A program made the translations under genes and the position numbers. A DNA stretch of 64,000 bases from Minisyncoccia bacterium (GTDB lineage Bacteria > Patescibacteriota > Minisyncoccia > Phycocordibacterales > UBA918): NCBI GenBank assembly GCA_041742075.1, contig JBGSJJ010000009.1, positions 12,895 through 76,894 on the forward strand, given 5' to 3'. This document shows, piece after piece, positions 46,158-56,137 of the stretch (position 1 is its first letter; the number at the start of each line of letters is the position of its first letter). The notes under the pieces are model-generated. The model was given only the letters and a program-made list of their open reading frames with translations, searched no databases and was not told the DNA's origin.

Positions 46158-47657
46158 TTGCTATCGTGTATACTAATAGTAATTATGGGAGGTGATCTAG
46201 GTTCTTCAACTGTCGGTTCTTTTGCACCGCATACAGCGGGTACGGTTTTTGATATTACCAAAGAAATCGACGCTCTGGCTGTCCTTAAAGCTATTCACCG
46301 GAGTCAGATAGACGTCGGCACAAAAAATACCCTCCGCGATGCGGTGTTTGACTATCGGCAAAACCTTGATCAAGCCACCCTCACCAATGCCTGTGAGTTA
46401 TTTGCTCAAGTTGGAATTATTGTTATTGGGTGTACGCCGGATTCAGTACCAGCGACTGAAACAGTATTACCCGCTACACAAACGCCTTCAGCAAGTGAAG
46501 AACGTCCACCCGTTTCAAAGCTAAGAATCGGTCGCCCGAGGCCAACTTTTGGGGTGAGTACAACTCCAGTTGTGGCAACTCAAAAACCAGTCGAGCGAGC
46601 CAGTACTGAACCTATGACTCCGACTGCTTCTTATGAAGCAAGTGCACCCGTTGCCCCTCAGGTAGCAGTACCTAGAGAGAACGAAGCAATGGTTGCAGAA
46701 GCCGTGATAGAGGGACCTGCGGAACCAGTTGTGACAGCAGAACCGACAGCTCAGCCCATTAGTGTTCCTACTACGTCTACGGCACTCCCAGTTAAGGCGG
46801 TTGATCGTATAAACGAAATTAAGAAACTTGTTAACGAAAAAATCGGCAATCCGGTGAATTTGATTGAGGCGCACAATGAACTCGGTCGCGAGTATATGAA
46901 CGCACTTCTTGAGGCAATGAAAAAAAGTAACGGTGGACAAGCCTCTGAACTGGCTGCTGCTATGGAGAGACTTGAAAAGGCTTTCGCGCTCGTAGAAGCG
47001 ACCCTCGATAAAAGTGTTCATGTTGAGACGACACCAGTGGTACACGTTCCGATTGAGCCAGTCGTAACGCCAGAGCCGGTAGTTGAAGAACCTCCAGTTT
47101 CAGTTCAGGTTGAGACAGTGCAAGAAACCGTTACACCGCTTAGTCCGCCACCAGAACCTAAAGAAGAGGTACCCGTGTCTACTCCTGTAGTTGCGCCGGT
47201 AATCACGTCGGTCGCTAAGACTAAACAGGTAGAAGAGCTTATGCATAAGCAGATGATTGAATCATCAGAGAAAGCTGAGATTGCTGAGCGTATCGCTGAA
47301 GAGAAGATGGACCCGGTTATGGTGTCTGAAGTTACCAGTGGCCTCCGTCAACTTTTATCAGAGTGGAGCTTGTTTAAAAGTAGTGGTATTTTTGGTACCG
47401 GTCCAAGTGGTATTGACCACGCTCTCTATAAGAAGCTGAGCTCACTTCCTATGCAAGCGGTGATTGCTGGTCGGTTTGAAGGTTCAACACCACAGATACG
47501 ACAAAGTATCTCTGACTATATGAATGGGTGGCGCTATGAAGAGGGAGTGGTATTTGATTACGGAGAATCGTTTGAGCACTACTTACGTCGCGTGATTCGC
47601 CACATTCTTGATAAAAAAGCTCAGCAGGCTAACCCTCTTTTGACTAAGAAACTCTAG
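46158..47657 (+). CDS. Pro/Val/Glu/Thr-rich protein with conserved C-terminal globular domain (hypothetical)
   Basis: 499 aa; long PxxP/PVV low-complexity linker then a ~150-aa C-terminal domain (GIFGTGPSGIDHALYKKL...). Confidence 0.45.
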   Translation: MLSCILIVIMGGDLGSSTVGSFAPHTAGTVFDITKEIDALAVLKAIHRSQIDVGTKNTLRDAVFDYRQNLDQATLTNACELFAQVGIIVIGCTPDSVPATETVLPATQTPSASEERPPVSKLRIGRPRPTFGVSTTPVVATQKPVERASTEPMTPTASYEASAPVAPQVAVPRENEAMVAEAVIEGPAEPVVTAEPTAQPISVPTTSTALPVKAVDRINEIKKLVNEKIGNPVNLIEAHNELGREYMNALLEAMKKSNGGQASELAAAMERLEKAFALVEATLDKSVHVETTPVVHVPIEPVVTPEPVVEEPPVSVQVETVQETVTPLSPPPEPKEEVPVSTPVVAPVITSVAKTKQVEELMHKQMIESSEKAEIAERIAEEKMDPVMVSEVTSGLRQLLSEWSLFKSSGIFGTGPSGIDHALYKKLSSLPMQAVIAGRFEGSTPQIRQSISDYMNGWRYEEGVVFDYGESFEHYLRRVIRHILDKKAQQANPLLTKKL

Positions 47658-48277
47658 TGTATGATAGTGGTGCTATGCATCATGCCATTTTGTATATTGG
47701 AAACAGTTTAGAATCGTCTGGTTTACCGAGCGTGTATCACACCGCAAGTCCGAGTGTGACTCATCTCATGCAAGATTCTTTTACAATTGCCGATGCGCGT
47801 GCACTTAAGGAGCTTATTTACCAGCGACCTATAGAAGGGAGTACAGCTGTTTTTGTTATCAAAAGTCACACTATCGCTTCTGAAGCTCAGCAGGCACTGC
47901 TAAAAATCCTCGAGGAACCACCGGTACATGCACAGTTGTTTATTGTGGTTCCGCGACTGGATTCGCTTTTGCCGACGGTGCGCTCACGCCTGCTGTACGA
48001 GCAGGTATCAGTAGTAAGCGAAGAAGCAAATCCAGTTTTCGAAACCTTTAAAGCATTGTCACTTAAAGAAAGAATAGAAACGATTGCCGAGAAAACAAAA
48101 GCAAAAGATCTAAAGTGGATAGAAGCAATTCTTGCTGGAGCGGAAAGTCTCGTGAGGAGTGATCAATTGCGCTATAAAGAGCTTGCACATGAAATTCTAT
48201 TAGTTCGTTCGTACATCGCCAGTCGTGGTGCTTCAAAAAAGATGCTCCTTGAGTCACTCGCCTGTAGTCTGCCTTAG
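47657..48277 (+). CDS. holB: miniaturised DNA polymerase III delta' subunit-like protein
   Basis: MHHAILYIG (HHAxL), ALLKILEEPP, TVRSRL (SRC motif) but no P-loop/zinc module; 206 aa. Confidence 0.55.
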   Translation: MYDSGAMHHAILYIGNSLESSGLPSVYHTASPSVTHLMQDSFTIADARALKELIYQRPIEGSTAVFVIKSHTIASEAQQALLKILEEPPVHAQLFIVVPRLDSLLPTVRSRLLYEQVSVVSEEANPVFETFKALSLKERIETIAEKTKAKDLKWIEAILAGAESLVRSDQLRYKELAHEILLVRSYIASRGASKKMLLESLACSLP

Positions 48278-48319
48278 GGAGGCGTATTATGGTATAATGC
48301 AAAAATCAGTTAGAAATAT

Positions 48320-48865
48320 ATGTTAGTAAAGCAATTTGAAGAACGTGGCAAAGAAGTCATTAGTTGGCTCGAACGAGAGTATATGGGAATTAGGTCTGGT
48401 CAGGCTACGCCTGCTCTTCTTGATGGTGTTAAAGTTTCTAGTTACGGAGCGCTCGTGGCACTAAATCAGGTGGGGAGTGTAAACGTAGAAGACGCCCGCA
48501 CCCTTCGTGTGTCGCTTTGGGACACCAGCCAAGTCAGTGCCGTTGAGACGGCGATTCGCGATGCAGATCTTGGCTTGTCAGTTGTGACTGACTCCTCTGG
48601 CTTGCGGATTATTTTTCCTGAGCTCACCAGTGAGCGTCGAGTCCAGCTGATGAAGTTGGCTAAAAGTAAGCTTGAAGATGCTCGCGTGTCACTTCGAAGT
48701 GGCCGTGATGAAGTGATGAAGCAACTTGAAAAACAAGAAAAGGCTAACGAAATTAGTGAAGACGAAAAATTTACTTTGAAGGAATCCATTCAAAAAGTAG
48801 TAGAAGCCACCAACCGATCACTCGATATTTTGTTTCAGAAGAAGGAAGTAGAAATTAGTAATTAA
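48320..48865 (+). CDS. frr: ribosome recycling factor
   Basis: 181 aa; typical RRF three-helix bundle sequence (IRSGQATPALLDGVKV...RDEVMKQLEK). Confidence 0.85.
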   Translation: MLVKQFEERGKEVISWLEREYMGIRSGQATPALLDGVKVSSYGALVALNQVGSVNVEDARTLRVSLWDTSQVSAVETAIRDADLGLSVVTDSSGLRIIFPELTSERRVQLMKLAKSKLEDARVSLRSGRDEVMKQLEKQEKANEISEDEKFTLKESIQKVVEATNRSLDILFQKKEVEISN

Positions 48866-48882
48866 TCCGAGTACGAAACACT

Positions 48883-49974
48883 ATGACTATTATCCTCTTT
48901 TTTGCCGTACTGTTTGTATTGATTCTAGTCCATGAATGGGGGCACTATATAACGGCTAAAAAGACCGGTATGCGGGTTGATGAGTTTGGAATCGGTTTCC
49001 CGCCGAAGTTATTTGGTATTAAAAAAGGTGAGACTGAATACACGTTTAATGCACTACCAATTGGTGGCTTTGTGCGTATTTTTGGAGAGGATGCGCTTGG
49101 GGCTAGTCAATCAGCTGACTATGAGCGTTCTTTTGTGGCTAAACCAAAGTGGGCACAAGCAATAGTCCTCATTGCTGGTGTAACAATGAACATACTATTC
49201 GCGTGGTTTCTGTTTGTACTGGTGTTTCTGATTGGGGTGCCGTCGGCAGTAGAAGAGACAGATGCCGGCCAGAATGCACAATTGCTCATTACCAACGTGC
49301 TTCCTCAAAGTCCGGCTGGTGAAGCCGGAATCCCGCCTGGTGCCGTTGTAGTGAGTATGACCAATACAACCGAATCGATAATTAAGGTTACACCGAGCAG
49401 TATTCGTGAGTTTACCCAAAAAACAGGAGCAAACGAATTGACCGTAGTCTATGTAGTTGGTGAGGAAGAAAAATCAGTCACAGTTACACCAGCACAGGGT
49501 CTCGATAGTGAAAACCCAGAACGATATGCGGTTGGTATTGCAACAGCTCTCGTGGAAATTAAATCTGAATCAATTCAAGGAGCACTACTTAAGGCAACAA
49601 CTGCAACCTATGACTCACTCATCGCAATCACGGTTGGCCTCTTTAGTTTACTCAGTGATGCATTTTTACTGAAAGCTGACTTCTCGCAAGTGGCTGGCCC
49701 GGTCGGTATCGTGGGGATGGTGGGGGATGCGGCCGCCTTTGGCCTCACGTCACTCCTTTTGTTTACCGCTACCATTTCACTCAACTTAGCTGTAATAAAC
49801 TTACTCCCATTCCCAGCGCTTGATGGTGGGCGTCTCGTGATGGTGGGTATCGAAGCCATAACGCGAAGGCCAATTAACCCAGCTTGGGTGATGCGACTCA
49901 ACACGGTTGGGTTTATTTTGCTTTTGCTACTAATGGTGGCAGTGACCTATAGCGACATCGTCAAGCTTCTATAA
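48883..49974 (+). CDS. rseP: RIP zinc metalloprotease RseP (site-2 protease)
   Basis: HEWGHY (HExxH) in TM1, PDZ domain, LDGG motif in C-terminal TM region. Confidence 0.8.
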   Translation: MTIILFFAVLFVLILVHEWGHYITAKKTGMRVDEFGIGFPPKLFGIKKGETEYTFNALPIGGFVRIFGEDALGASQSADYERSFVAKPKWAQAIVLIAGVTMNILFAWFLFVLVFLIGVPSAVEETDAGQNAQLLITNVLPQSPAGEAGIPPGAVVVSMTNTTESIIKVTPSSIREFTQKTGANELTVVYVVGEEEKSVTVTPAQGLDSENPERYAVGIATALVEIKSESIQGALLKATTATYDSLIAITVGLFSLLSDAFLLKADFSQVAGPVGIVGMVGDAAAFGLTSLLLFTATISLNLAVINLLPFPALDGGRLVMVGIEAITRRPINPAWVMRLNTVGFILLLLLMVAVTYSDIVKLL

Positions 49975-50257
49975 ACTACTTCATCTACTTCGTTAAATGA
50001 GCAAACGAGCGGAAGCGACTATTGCGAATTTATGTCCCGATTTGTTCTACCTCGGGCAAATCGCTGGACTGAATTCTTCAAAAAAATTCTTTCAATGTAC
50101 CACTAAGTACACCTCAAGAATTTTTTCTTGTCCGTCTTGCATCTAAAGCAGTTTCAAGAAGCTTGATAACGAAGCATTTTGAAGTTAGGATGCAGTAAAT
50201 CTGCGTATGCTATACTCACCACATAAATTACCAGTGAACAAGTACCGATAACTTTCT

Positions 50258-51514
50258 ATGAGACAGTCACAACTCTTTACCAAAACCAGAAAAGAAGCGC
50301 CAGCTGATGAAGTAGCCAAGAATGCTCAACTTTTGATTCGGGCTGGCTATATCTACAAGAACATGGCTGGAGCCTATACCTTTTTACCGCTCGGATTAAG
50401 GGTTTTAGGTAAAATAAATACCATTATTCGTGAAGAGATGGACGCAATTGGCGGGCAAGAACTTACCATGCCATCACTTCAAGACAGTGAGTTGTGGGAA
50501 AAGACGGGCCGCTGGAGTGATGATGCGGTTGATGTATGGTTTAAGAGTGAGCTTAAAGCTGGTGGGGTGGTAGGTCTTGGTTGGACACATGAAGAAGTCA
50601 TTACCAATATCATGAAGCAATTTATTGCTTCGTACAAAGATTTGCCTAAGTTTCCGTACCAAATACAAAAGAAATTTAGAAATGAGATGCGTGCCAAAAG
50701 TGGCATCATGCGCACCCGGGAGTTCGACATGAAAGACTTGTATTCTTTCTCTGCTACCCAGGAACAACATGATGCTTTCTACTCAGCTTGCGCCAGTGCC
50801 TATATGAAAGTATTTGAACGATTTGGGATTGGTAATGAAACCTACCAAACATTTGCTTCGGGCGGTGCGTTTTCTAAGTTTAGCCATGAGTTCCAAACCC
50901 TCGCTGAAGCTGGTGAAGATGTCGTATACGTAAATGAGGAAAAAGGAATTGCCGTCAACGAAGAAGTCCTTGAAGTGGCTGATTTAGATGAGCTTGGAGT
51001 GAAACGAGAAGAGCTTGAAATGCGAAAAAGTATTGAGGTAGGAAATATATTCTCTCTTGGCACCAAGTTTTCTGAAGCACTCGGGCTCACTTTCACTGAT
51101 GAACAGGGAGTAGAGTGTCCTGTAATCATGGGTTGCTACGGAATTGGACCAGCGCGGTCAATGGGTACAATAGTTGATTTACTCTCAGATGAAAAGGGAA
51201 TTGTTTGGCCTGAAAGCGTTGCACCATACCGTGTACATCTCGTCGGTATCAATACAGACGATACTGCTGTGCGTGACTGGACAGAAGGAATTTACAACAA
51301 TCTGAAAGATGCGGGTGTAGAAATTTTATTTGACGACCGAGACGCTCGAGCTGGTGAAAAGTTTGCTGACAGTGACTTACTCGGGATTCCGTACCGCGTG
51401 GTAGCTAGTAAGCGGGGTAAAGAAGAGGGAAAGTTTGAAGTGGTGACGCGGAAAACTGGCGAAGTCAGAATGCTGACAGAAGAGGAATTATACGCAGATT
51501 TTGGGGTTAACTAG
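50258..51514 (+). CDS. proS: prolyl-tRNA synthetase, bacterial-type but lacking the INS editing domain
   Basis: class II motifs and bacterial ProRS N-terminus (MRQSQLF...YTFLPLGLRVL) plus anticodon-binding domain; only 418 aa. Confidence 0.85.
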   Translation: MRQSQLFTKTRKEAPADEVAKNAQLLIRAGYIYKNMAGAYTFLPLGLRVLGKINTIIREEMDAIGGQELTMPSLQDSELWEKTGRWSDDAVDVWFKSELKAGGVVGLGWTHEEVITNIMKQFIASYKDLPKFPYQIQKKFRNEMRAKSGIMRTREFDMKDLYSFSATQEQHDAFYSACASAYMKVFERFGIGNETYQTFASGGAFSKFSHEFQTLAEAGEDVVYVNEEKGIAVNEEVLEVADLDELGVKREELEMRKSIEVGNIFSLGTKFSEALGLTFTDEQGVECPVIMGCYGIGPARSMGTIVDLLSDEKGIVWPESVAPYRVHLVGINTDDTAVRDWTEGIYNNLKDAGVEILFDDRDARAGEKFADSDLLGIPYRVVASKRGKEEGKFEVVTRKTGEVRMLTEEELYADFGVN

Positions 51515-51569
51515 GCAGAGGAGTGTACGTTTTGGCAATATTCGGTGGTTCATGTAAAATGGGACTCTT

Positions 51570-52646
51570 ATGAGTGTTGTTTCTCGATATTTTAGTAGCG
51601 TTTTTAACGCCCTCTCAACTGATATAGGAATCGACCTTGGTACTGCCAACACGCTCGTCTATGTGCGCGGTAAAGGGATTGTCTTAAATGAGCCAACAAT
51701 AGTTGCGATAAACAAAAAAACTGGCCAGCTTGTTGCGGTCGGAAACGACGCCAAGGCCATGCTCGGTCGGACACCGCATCACATTGAGGTGGTTCGTCCG
51801 CTTGTTGACGGAGTAATTTCTGACTTCGAAGTAACGGAAGAAATGCTCTCGTATCTCATTAGTAAAGTTCGAAGTGAGACTCGCTCAATAGTGGCACCAA
51901 GGGTACTGGTTGGAGTGCCATCAGGTATCACCAATGTCGAGATGCGTGCCGCGAGAGACGCTGCCAAAAATGCTGGCGCGCGTGAAGTGTTGCTCATCGA
52001 GGAGCCAATGGCAGCCGCTATTGGAGCGAAGTTACCAATCACTAAAGCCATTGGTAACATGATTATTGATATTGGTGGCGGGACGACAGACATTGCCGTA
52101 ATCTCGCTTTCGGGAATTGTGGTTGCTAAAAATCTTCGAGTGGCTGGCGATCATCTAAACGCAGCGATTGTAACGTATATCCGAGATCAGTTCAAAGTAC
52201 TCGTGGGTGACAAGACAGCCGAAGACGCCAAAATTGTCTTGGCGTCAATCGAGCAGGTAGAAGACGGAAAAGAAATGGTGGTGCGTGGTCGAGACGTGGT
52301 AACCGGTCTTCCGCGGGAGGTAGTTATTACAGATGCCGACATCAGAGAAGCTATATCTGTTTCGATTGACTCAATCGTTGAGGCAGTTCGCTCAGTCCTT
52401 GAAAAGACCCCGCCAGAGGTTTTAGCCGACGTGATGCAGAGAGGAATCCATATTTCAGGCGGGGGAGCCTTAATACCAGGTATAGCACCACTGCTTCAGG
52501 AGTTGATGCAGGTTCCAGTATTCATTGTGCCTGACCCCCTTCGTGCAGTCGTCCGTGGAACTGGTATAGTACTTGAGAACTTAGATCAGTATGAAGAAAT
52601 TCTCATCGATAATGAGGGTGAACTATCGCCGTACCTCGCGGAATAA
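51570..52646 (+). CDS. mreB: rod shape-determining protein MreB (paralog 2, in mreBCD-mrdA cluster)
   Basis: IGIDLGTANTLVYV, DIGGGTTD, 358 aa. Confidence 0.85.
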   Translation: MSVVSRYFSSVFNALSTDIGIDLGTANTLVYVRGKGIVLNEPTIVAINKKTGQLVAVGNDAKAMLGRTPHHIEVVRPLVDGVISDFEVTEEMLSYLISKVRSETRSIVAPRVLVGVPSGITNVEMRAARDAAKNAGAREVLLIEEPMAAAIGAKLPITKAIGNMIIDIGGGTTDIAVISLSGIVVAKNLRVAGDHLNAAIVTYIRDQFKVLVGDKTAEDAKIVLASIEQVEDGKEMVVRGRDVVTGLPREVVITDADIREAISVSIDSIVEAVRSVLEKTPPEVLADVMQRGIHISGGGALIPGIAPLLQELMQVPVFIVPDPLRAVVRGTGIVLENLDQYEEILIDNEGELSPYLAE

Positions 52647-53580
52647 AAATTTATTTCTGGTAGCGGTTTTTGGTGGTGTTCTCTTACTCCTGATTGTTTT
52701 GCTACCAATTTTACTTGCTACGACAGCTTCATACGTCATAGTACCTATAGCGAAGACCAAGACGTGGTTTGCTGAATCAACCTCCAGTCTCCCGCAGTTT
52801 TTGCGTGAGCGCAGTGCTCTTATTAGTGAAATACAGAGTCTGGAGGAAAATATTGCGAGTGCTAGCGGAAACCGTTCAACGATTGATTCTTTAGTAAAAG
52901 AAAACGAAGAACTCAGAAGTTTGTTAGGGTATGAAGGAGAAAAGCGAATTCTGGCAGGCATTATCGGTCGTCCAGACACGTTACCAAACGATACGCTTAT
53001 GCTCGATCGGGGTAGTCAGCAAGGTGTACTCGTCGGAGCACCGGTGTTTATTAATGACAGTACGATTATTGGTATCGTGAGGTTTGTCACTCCCCAGAGT
53101 TCGCTCGTCGAGCTTATTACTACTCCGGACTTTGAGACAACGGTGTTTATCGTTGGGCCAGATATTTTTACGACTGCCGTTGGGGTCGGCGGCGGCCAGT
53201 TGCGTGTTGGTGTGCCACAGGGTATACCGCTTGAGGTAGGCAATTTAGTAGTCATTCCTTCAGTCACTTCGGGCGTGTATGGTGAGATAAACGTTGTGAA
53301 TTCTGTCCCTTCAAAGCCTGAACAGTATGGTTTTGTCTCACCACAAATACCCCTTTCGAGTATGCGTTTAGTGAGTATTGGGAGTACACCAGTAACTCCG
53401 ATATCGTTTGAAGAAGCGCAGGTGATTCTTGCTGGTCAAAGAGAGAGGTTACTTATTGTACCCGTACCAGAAGACAAGCTTATCGAAATTGATTCAGCTA
53501 CGTCAACCGCAACCAGTACACCAGTGGTAGAGCGTATGCCAAGTAATCAAGCCACCACCGCTAGCAGTACCCGCTTATGA
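52612..53580 (+). CDS. mreC: rod shape-determining protein MreC
   Basis: N-terminal TM helix, coiled-coil (IQSLEENIASASG...ENEELRSLL), beta-rich C-terminal domain, position after mreB; start uncertain (no in-frame start after the mreB stop). Confidence 0.6.
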   Translation: MRVNYRRTSRNKNLFLVAVFGGVLLLLIVLLPILLATTASYVIVPIAKTKTWFAESTSSLPQFLRERSALISEIQSLEENIASASGNRSTIDSLVKENEELRSLLGYEGEKRILAGIIGRPDTLPNDTLMLDRGSQQGVLVGAPVFINDSTIIGIVRFVTPQSSLVELITTPDFETTVFIVGPDIFTTAVGVGGGQLRVGVPQGIPLEVGNLVVIPSVTSGVYGEINVVNSVPSKPEQYGFVSPQIPLSSMRLVSIGSTPVTPISFEEAQVILAGQRERLLIVPVPEDKLIEIDSATSTATSTPVVERMPSNQATTASSTRL

Positions 53581-53819
53581 TGAGAATAGTACTATTTATC
53601 ACCATACTAGTTAGTGCGCTCACTGGCCCGCTCGTCTTCGCTATTTGTCTAGGAGTACTGTATGCGTTTTTATATACAGCCTACGAATTATTGATTCTCG
53701 CTATGATAGTCGATGTGTATTATTTCCAGGGAGAGATACCGTACCATTTGCTTGGTACTATCTTGTATCTGTTTGTACTGGAGTGGCTCAAGCCCAGATT
53801 ACTGTTTAAGTCATCATAA
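53577..53819 (+). CDS. mreD: MreD-like small membrane protein (positional call)
   Basis: 80-aa ORF with two TM helices, overlapping the mreC stop and followed by mrdA; assignment by position only. Confidence 0.35.
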   Translation: MMRIVLFITILVSALTGPLVFAICLGVLYAFLYTAYELLILAMIVDVYYFQGEIPYHLLGTILYLFVLEWLKPRLLFKSS

Positions 53820-53822
53820 GTA

Positions 53823-55517
53823 ATGTTTTCATTTTTTAAGAAAAAACGAACCAATGAAATGGCTTTTGAAGAAATTCTACTCGATTCTTCGAACCTTCCA
53901 TCCTTTAACCAGGGTCGGATGGAAGGTAAGTTGGAACTACCGATAACGCAACAAAATGTTTTTTTCGTCGGAGGTTTTTTTGTTCTTGTAGCAATACTTT
54001 TTTGGGCGAAACTTTTCTCACTGCAAGTTATTGAAGGCAAGGAGTATTTACACATTAGTCAAAACAACAGTATTGATAAAAGCGTCATTATTGCTGAGCG
54101 CGGAGTCATCTACGACCGAAACAACGAAATGTTGGCCTGGAACGCTGAAGATAAGGGTCACCAGTTTGGTTTTCCCATGCGGGCGTACTCAGACAGGGAA
54201 GGACTTGGTCAGTTAGTCGGATACGTTAGCTATCCGCAAAAGGACAAAAAAGGTTTTTATTTCCGTACTGAGTACGTTGGTATTAGTGGCGCTGAATCAG
54301 CGTTTAATGAAAACTTACAAGGTAAAAATGGTGACCAGGTACTCGAACGTGACGCACTTGGTGAAGTGATTGGTGAACACATTGTTGAAAATCCTATTCC
54401 AGGCACACCGGTCACTCTCTCACTCGATGCTGCATTATCGGAAGCGATGTTTGACATCATAGCAACCTCTACCACTCAAGCGGGGTTTCGAAGTGGGGCA
54501 GGGGTTATTATGAATGTTCATACCGGAGAAATTCTTGCCATGACTAGTTACCCCTCGTATGACCCAGAAGTGATGGCTGACGGTCTTGATGAAGAACTGA
54601 TTGCGTCATACAACGTTGACGATCGCTATCCGTTTTTAAATAAAGTCTTAGGCGGAGTCTATACACCCGGTTCTGTCATGAAGCCGTTTTTGGCCTACGC
54701 TGCACTGGTAGAAGGAATCATTGACCCAAATAAAATAATAGTCAGTACCGGAGCGATTGTGATTCCAAATCCCTACAACCCAAGCAACCCGGCTCGCTTC
54801 ACTGACTGGCGGGCTCATGGCAAGATGACAATGCGGGAAGCGATTGCTTTTTCTTCAAACGTTTACTTCTACTATATTAGTGGTGGCTATGGTGACCAGC
54901 CTGGTCTTGGTATCACAAAAATGAACCAGTACTATGATTTGTTTGACTTCGGTGAAGCGACTGGAGTTGCTCTTGATAATGAGCAGATTGGAACAGTGCC
55001 CAGCCCAGCTTGGAAAAAAGAAGTATTCAATGATGATTGGCGTCTAGGGGACACATACTTGACCTCAATCGGTCAGTTTGGTTTCCAAGTGACGCCACTG
55101 CAGATGGTGCGCGCATATGCGGGGCTCGCAACAGGCAAATTAGTAACTCCACAGATAGTTGCAGGTGCGCAAGGTGATGTAGTCGACTTAAAGCTCGATA
55201 AAGCTAAGCTGAAGATTGTTCAAGAGGGTATGCGGATGGCGGTAAACTACCCCGGCGGAACCGCACGTTCACTTGAGCGAAAAGACATCGCCATTGCTGC
55301 CAAATCAGGTACAGCGGAAATCGGTGCTGGCAATGCCTATGTGAACTCATGGGCGGCCGGCTTCTTTCCGTACGATGATCCTGAGTACGCTTTTGTCTTG
55401 ATGATGGATAAAGCTCCACGCAGTAACGCGCTTGGCGCCACAAGAATTATGGGTAACGTAATAGAGTGGATGAGCAGTAACACACCACAATACCTAGGTC
55501 TAGAACCAGCCTCGTAA
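53823..55517 (+). CDS. mrdA: penicillin-binding protein 2 (elongasome transpeptidase)
   Basis: SxxK (GSVMKPF), SxN (FSSNVYF), KSGT (AKSGTAE); dimerisation domain; downstream of mreBCD. Confidence 0.8.
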   Translation: MFSFFKKKRTNEMAFEEILLDSSNLPSFNQGRMEGKLELPITQQNVFFVGGFFVLVAILFWAKLFSLQVIEGKEYLHISQNNSIDKSVIIAERGVIYDRNNEMLAWNAEDKGHQFGFPMRAYSDREGLGQLVGYVSYPQKDKKGFYFRTEYVGISGAESAFNENLQGKNGDQVLERDALGEVIGEHIVENPIPGTPVTLSLDAALSEAMFDIIATSTTQAGFRSGAGVIMNVHTGEILAMTSYPSYDPEVMADGLDEELIASYNVDDRYPFLNKVLGGVYTPGSVMKPFLAYAALVEGIIDPNKIIVSTGAIVIPNPYNPSNPARFTDWRAHGKMTMREAIAFSSNVYFYYISGGYGDQPGLGITKMNQYYDLFDFGEATGVALDNEQIGTVPSPAWKKEVFNDDWRLGDTYLTSIGQFGFQVTPLQMVRAYAGLATGKLVTPQIVAGAQGDVVDLKLDKAKLKIVQEGMRMAVNYPGGTARSLERKDIAIAAKSGTAEIGAGNAYVNSWAAGFFPYDDPEYAFVLMMDKAPRSNALGATRIMGNVIEWMSSNTPQYLGLEPAS

Positions 55518-55524
55518 TCCACAT

Positions 55525-55552
55525 TTGACCTAGCCGTCAGTCTGCGTATAAT
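55525..55552 (+). promoter_or_regulatory. sigma70-like promoter upstream of greA
   Basis: TTGACC -35 and TATAAT -10 separated by 16 nt, ~28 nt upstream of the greA ATG. Confidence 0.4.
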
Positions 55553-55579
55553 TGAGTAAATTTTAAGTTTGACCTAATT

Positions 55580-56050
55580 ATGAATGACACACAATCGTAC
55601 TTGACCCCAGAGAAGTTTGATGAACTTAAGAAGGAGCTCGAAAATCTAAAAACAGTTCGCCGAAAAGAAGTTGCTGAATCACTTGAATACGCACGAAGTC
55701 TCGGTGACCTCTCAGAAAACGCTGAGTACCAAGAAGCCCGTGATATGCAAGGAGCGATTGAAGAGCGGATTGGATACCTAGAACAGGTAATTAAGGAAGC
55801 AAAAATTGTTGCACACGAAAAGAAGGGAGACATTGTTGGTCTGGGAAGTGTGGTAACTATCACGAAAGAAAAAGATAAAGCCAACCATACCTACACGATT
55901 GTTGGTTCTGATGAAGCAAACATTCACCAAGGAAAACTTTCATATCTTTCACCGCTCGGTGAAGCCCTCATGGGGAAGGGTAAGGGCGACTCGTTTACCT
56001 TTGAAACTCCAGGTGGAAAGCAGTCGTACAAAGTAATGAAGGTTGAATAA
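55580..56050 (+). CDS. greA: transcription elongation factor GreA
   Basis: N-terminal coiled coil with conserved DLSENAEY acidic tip and FKBP-like C-terminal domain. Confidence 0.85.
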   Translation: MNDTQSYLTPEKFDELKKELENLKTVRRKEVAESLEYARSLGDLSENAEYQEARDMQGAIEERIGYLEQVIKEAKIVAHEKKGDIVGLGSVVTITKEKDKANHTYTIVGSDEANIHQGKLSYLSPLGEALMGKGKGDSFTFETPGGKQSYKVMKVE

Positions 56051-56137
56051 AGAAGTACTAGAGAAAACACCTGTATCCGATTGGATGCAGGTGTTTTCCA
56101 TTGCAAAAAGCCAACAAAACGCTACTATAGAGAAATT

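Noticed and set aside
49975-50257. T-box riboswitch upstream of proS
   Set aside because: The 280-nt leader has no match to the T-box consensus (AATTAGGGTGGNACCGCG) or an obvious specifier/antiterminator arrangement.
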